Source: Vicugna vicugna (taxonomy: Eukaryota). From it: a DNA stretch of 64,000 bases. The stretch is from positions 6,554,305 through 6,618,304 of the forward strand of contig MU062907.1 of NCBI GenBank assembly GCA_013265495.1, read 5' to 3'. Within the stretch, counting starts at the first letter, position 1. Each line of letters starts with the position of its first letter. Shown here in pieces: positions 61,209-64,000 of the stretch. Below the pieces are notes generated by a model. The model worked only from the letters and a program-made list of their open reading frames with translations. It searched no databases and had not been told where the DNA came from. The position numbers and the translations under genes are program-made.

Positions 61209-64000
61209 TGGGATGTCCCTAGGCCAGGGTTCCGCTGAAGTGCTGGCTCCCTACAAAATGGGAAAGGAAGAGAAAAAAATAAATTTTGTGTCTATATCCA
61301 GGAAACCTTGCTTTTCACTTTTTAATGACTTAGACAAACATTTTTTGGCCAAATAAAAAAAAAAAGAACAAATGATGGCCACTTCCTCAGAGAAAAAGAG
61401 AGGTCTGGCTTTTCCTCAGCCCCAGACCCTTCCAAAGGGCACACAGGAGCACATCATTTTGTCCTCTGCTTTTATGTGGCTGGGAGTGGCCCTGGCAGCA
61501 GGTGCCCAAGAGGGTCAATGCAGACCCAAACCAGAGTCAAGGCTTGGTCCTGCCTAAGGTCACTGTTCTGTCCCTGTCTCTTCTGCCCAGCCCCATTGGG
61601 GAAGGGACCTGGCCTGGGACCCTCATTGTGCCAGCCCCACAGCAGCTGTTGTCACAACACCCCCAACAGCAGGCGGTTCCAGCCTGGCCCTGGCGGCTCG
61701 AGTCCAGAGAACAACAGGTCCCAGCACGCCCAGGCTGAGGCTGAGTCCAGAGCCTGCTCTGCCGGCAGAGGAGGCAGGACCCTCTCAAAGCACAGAAACC
61801 AGGCTGTGAAGCCGACAGACCCTTCTCACGCCAATGAGGGCCGGCAACCAAAGACAGAGCAGCAACTGCTGGCTTGGGTTACGATTAATCTGTACCTGAG
61901 AGAAACAGTGGAAATCCAGGTGGGAGACAGTGGTAATGGCATGAGCACCCGCACACAGACAGTGAGAGAGAGAATTACACCAGGCAGGCGGCAGGCAGGT
62001 GGGAGAGAATCGGGGTGAGCTCTCAGGGTGGAAAGAGGGAAGAGTCTCGGAGCTGGCTCTGAAAACAGAACTGTTCCAATAAGAGCTTCAGGGACACAAA
62101 GGGAGCCCCCTCGGCCTGAGTGTGCAGGCAAGGGCTCTGACGGGAGCAATGGGGATGGGCTGAATGGCAGTAGAACAGATCCAGGAGGATTTAGAGTGGG
62201 AAGCAAGGGAAGAGCAAGCGCCCAGGATTTCAGAGGCCCTGCAGTGCACTGGGCCAAGCTCAAAATCCAAACCTGGCCAGAAATAGCCTTGCTTCCTCAG
62301 AGATAAGAGGGCGGGGTGATGGCAAGGGGAGGTGCTGGGGGCACCAGGGAAACCTGAGAAGGTGGAGGAGGCAGTGGAGTGGGTGTGGGCTCCTCCCTCA
62401 TGCCCCACAGCACACCCGGACCACCACCACGGACACCACCGGGGGCACTACCACAGGCAGCAAGCCGCGGAAACCAGAGCGGCCTGCCCTCCCAGCCGCC
62501 CGGCCAGGCTCCAGACAGTCAGAGGTGAGCTGAGAGGAGAGCACACACATCACATGGTTCTCTCATCACCCCACGGCCACCACGTGCACAGGGACTAATC
62601 AGAATAGCTGTTGGACAGGTCGTCTGTGTTTCAAATATAAACTACCCTCAAGTGTGAGTCTCCCTCCACTCCCGACCCCGTTCCTCACCCACACAACTTA
62701 GTGCTCACAGGGCGTGATGACAGTGCCCAGTGCACAGTGCCAGTCTCCACTAGTGCTCTAGTGTCACAGGGCGGAGGGGAGGGAAAGAATCAGGTTAACA
62801 AGTCACTTGCAAGGAACAAAGGAGTCCAACAGAGGAAGAAAAAGCAGCCAGATTTTCATATAAATCAATTAAAATATTTCCTACTAGATACTCCCACAAA
62901 AACAGTTAAATAATCTAATTTTGTGTGCATCTCATCTCTTGATGTGTAATGCAAACACAAAAATCTACTCCATCCTTCCCTCTGTTTTTACAACAAAGTA
63001 GCAAACTGGACAGAACACACTGTTTAGAACTTTTCTTTTTTTTTTTAATGAAATACTTTGGAGATCTCTCTTTAGCAATACACAGACAGCATCCTCTCTT
63101 TTTTCACCACTGCCCAGCACTGTACTCCGCTGTAAGGATGCACCTTAGTTTACTTCCCTGGTCCACTCCTAGTGGATATTTACATCACTTTCAATCTTTT
63201 GCTACTGCAAACAAGGCTGTGTGAAGAACCACGTGTACGCCCCACTGCACATGTGCCAGCACACTCACAACAGAGTCAGAAAGACAACCGCTGGGGTGAA
63301 GGGGACCCGAAAGTGTACTTCTGGCTTACGTTCCACCTCTACAGGTGGCATAGATTTCCATCCCCACCGGCAGCCTGAGAGAGTGCCTGTTTCCCAGGGG
63401 AGCCAGGTTCTCCTATCCTCACTTCACAGAAGGTAAGCCACTCAGAGTCAAATCCACGTCTGTGTGACTCAGAACCCAAGTTCCTTATGAACCAACTGGG
63501 GAACAAGTTACTAGACAGGCACCCAGGGTAGAAGGTGGGGAGACTGGCAGGGGGACAGGAAGATGGTGACCAAATTCTGCTGATAAAGAGTCTCATGGAG
63601 CCACATCCTCACCTGGTGGCTCTTTAAGAAACTGCACATGAAGACACAGGCAAACTGTGTTTTCACAATTATGGGAATAAGCTGAGTCCTTGAGCTGGAA
63701 AAATTAGGGTGAAGGCTGAACCTAGCCTATGACCCCCAATTTCTGCCGCTTGCTGCATTCCTAGAAACTCTCAATGGCCAGAGTCAGGCCGTGATGGGTG
63801 GCTAACTAAAGAGTGTGGTCTGGAGACAGGGCACTGGAATAAGACCATGCTGGGGCAACAGAGGGGTACAAACAAATGATCTGTCTTGCCTGGATCTTAT
63901 TATTCAAAAAAGAAGGTATCCATTCATCCCGGGGTTGGGGGGGCAGGAGGGGGCAGTGAGCTAGAATTATAAACTATTTAGGAGATACCTCTAGGTGACT

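Noticed and set aside
62332-62598. His-rich ORF (HPDHHHGHHRGHYH)
   Set aside because: Arises from a short CAC-rich low-complexity run in CEP68 intron 1, antisense to the gene, with no splice or coding support.

Overview
Mammalian genomic DNA, almost certainly camelid: it carries seven copies of a tRNA-Ala-derived SINE with a GGGGAGGGTATAGCTCAGTGG head (vic-1 type), and I saw no ruminant Bov-A/CHR SINEs. The first ~17.7 kb is intergenic and repeat-rich (L1, L2, MIR, MLT/ERV LTRs, hAT MITEs). A CpG-island promoter at ~17.8-19.2 kb drives RAB1A on the + strand. RAB1A exons 2-4 and the start of the last exon are visible; exon 1, exon 5 and most of the last coding exon lie in N gaps. CEP68 runs convergently on the - strand; coding exons 2-7 are reconstructed (exon 1 is outside the window), and the two 3' ends probably overlap tail-to-tail near 45.5-45.7 kb. 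Two disabled ribosomal-protein retrocopies (RPL31, RPL39) with target-site duplications lie antisense in RAB1A introns. I find no support for a wholly new biological system. The most interesting observations are an apparent frameshift that remodels the CEP68 C-terminus, a weakened internal CEP68 splice donor, a SINE-donated poly(A) signal in the CEP68 3'UTR, and assembly gaps sitting on RAB1A exons. Human comparisons are from memory and need checking by alignment.
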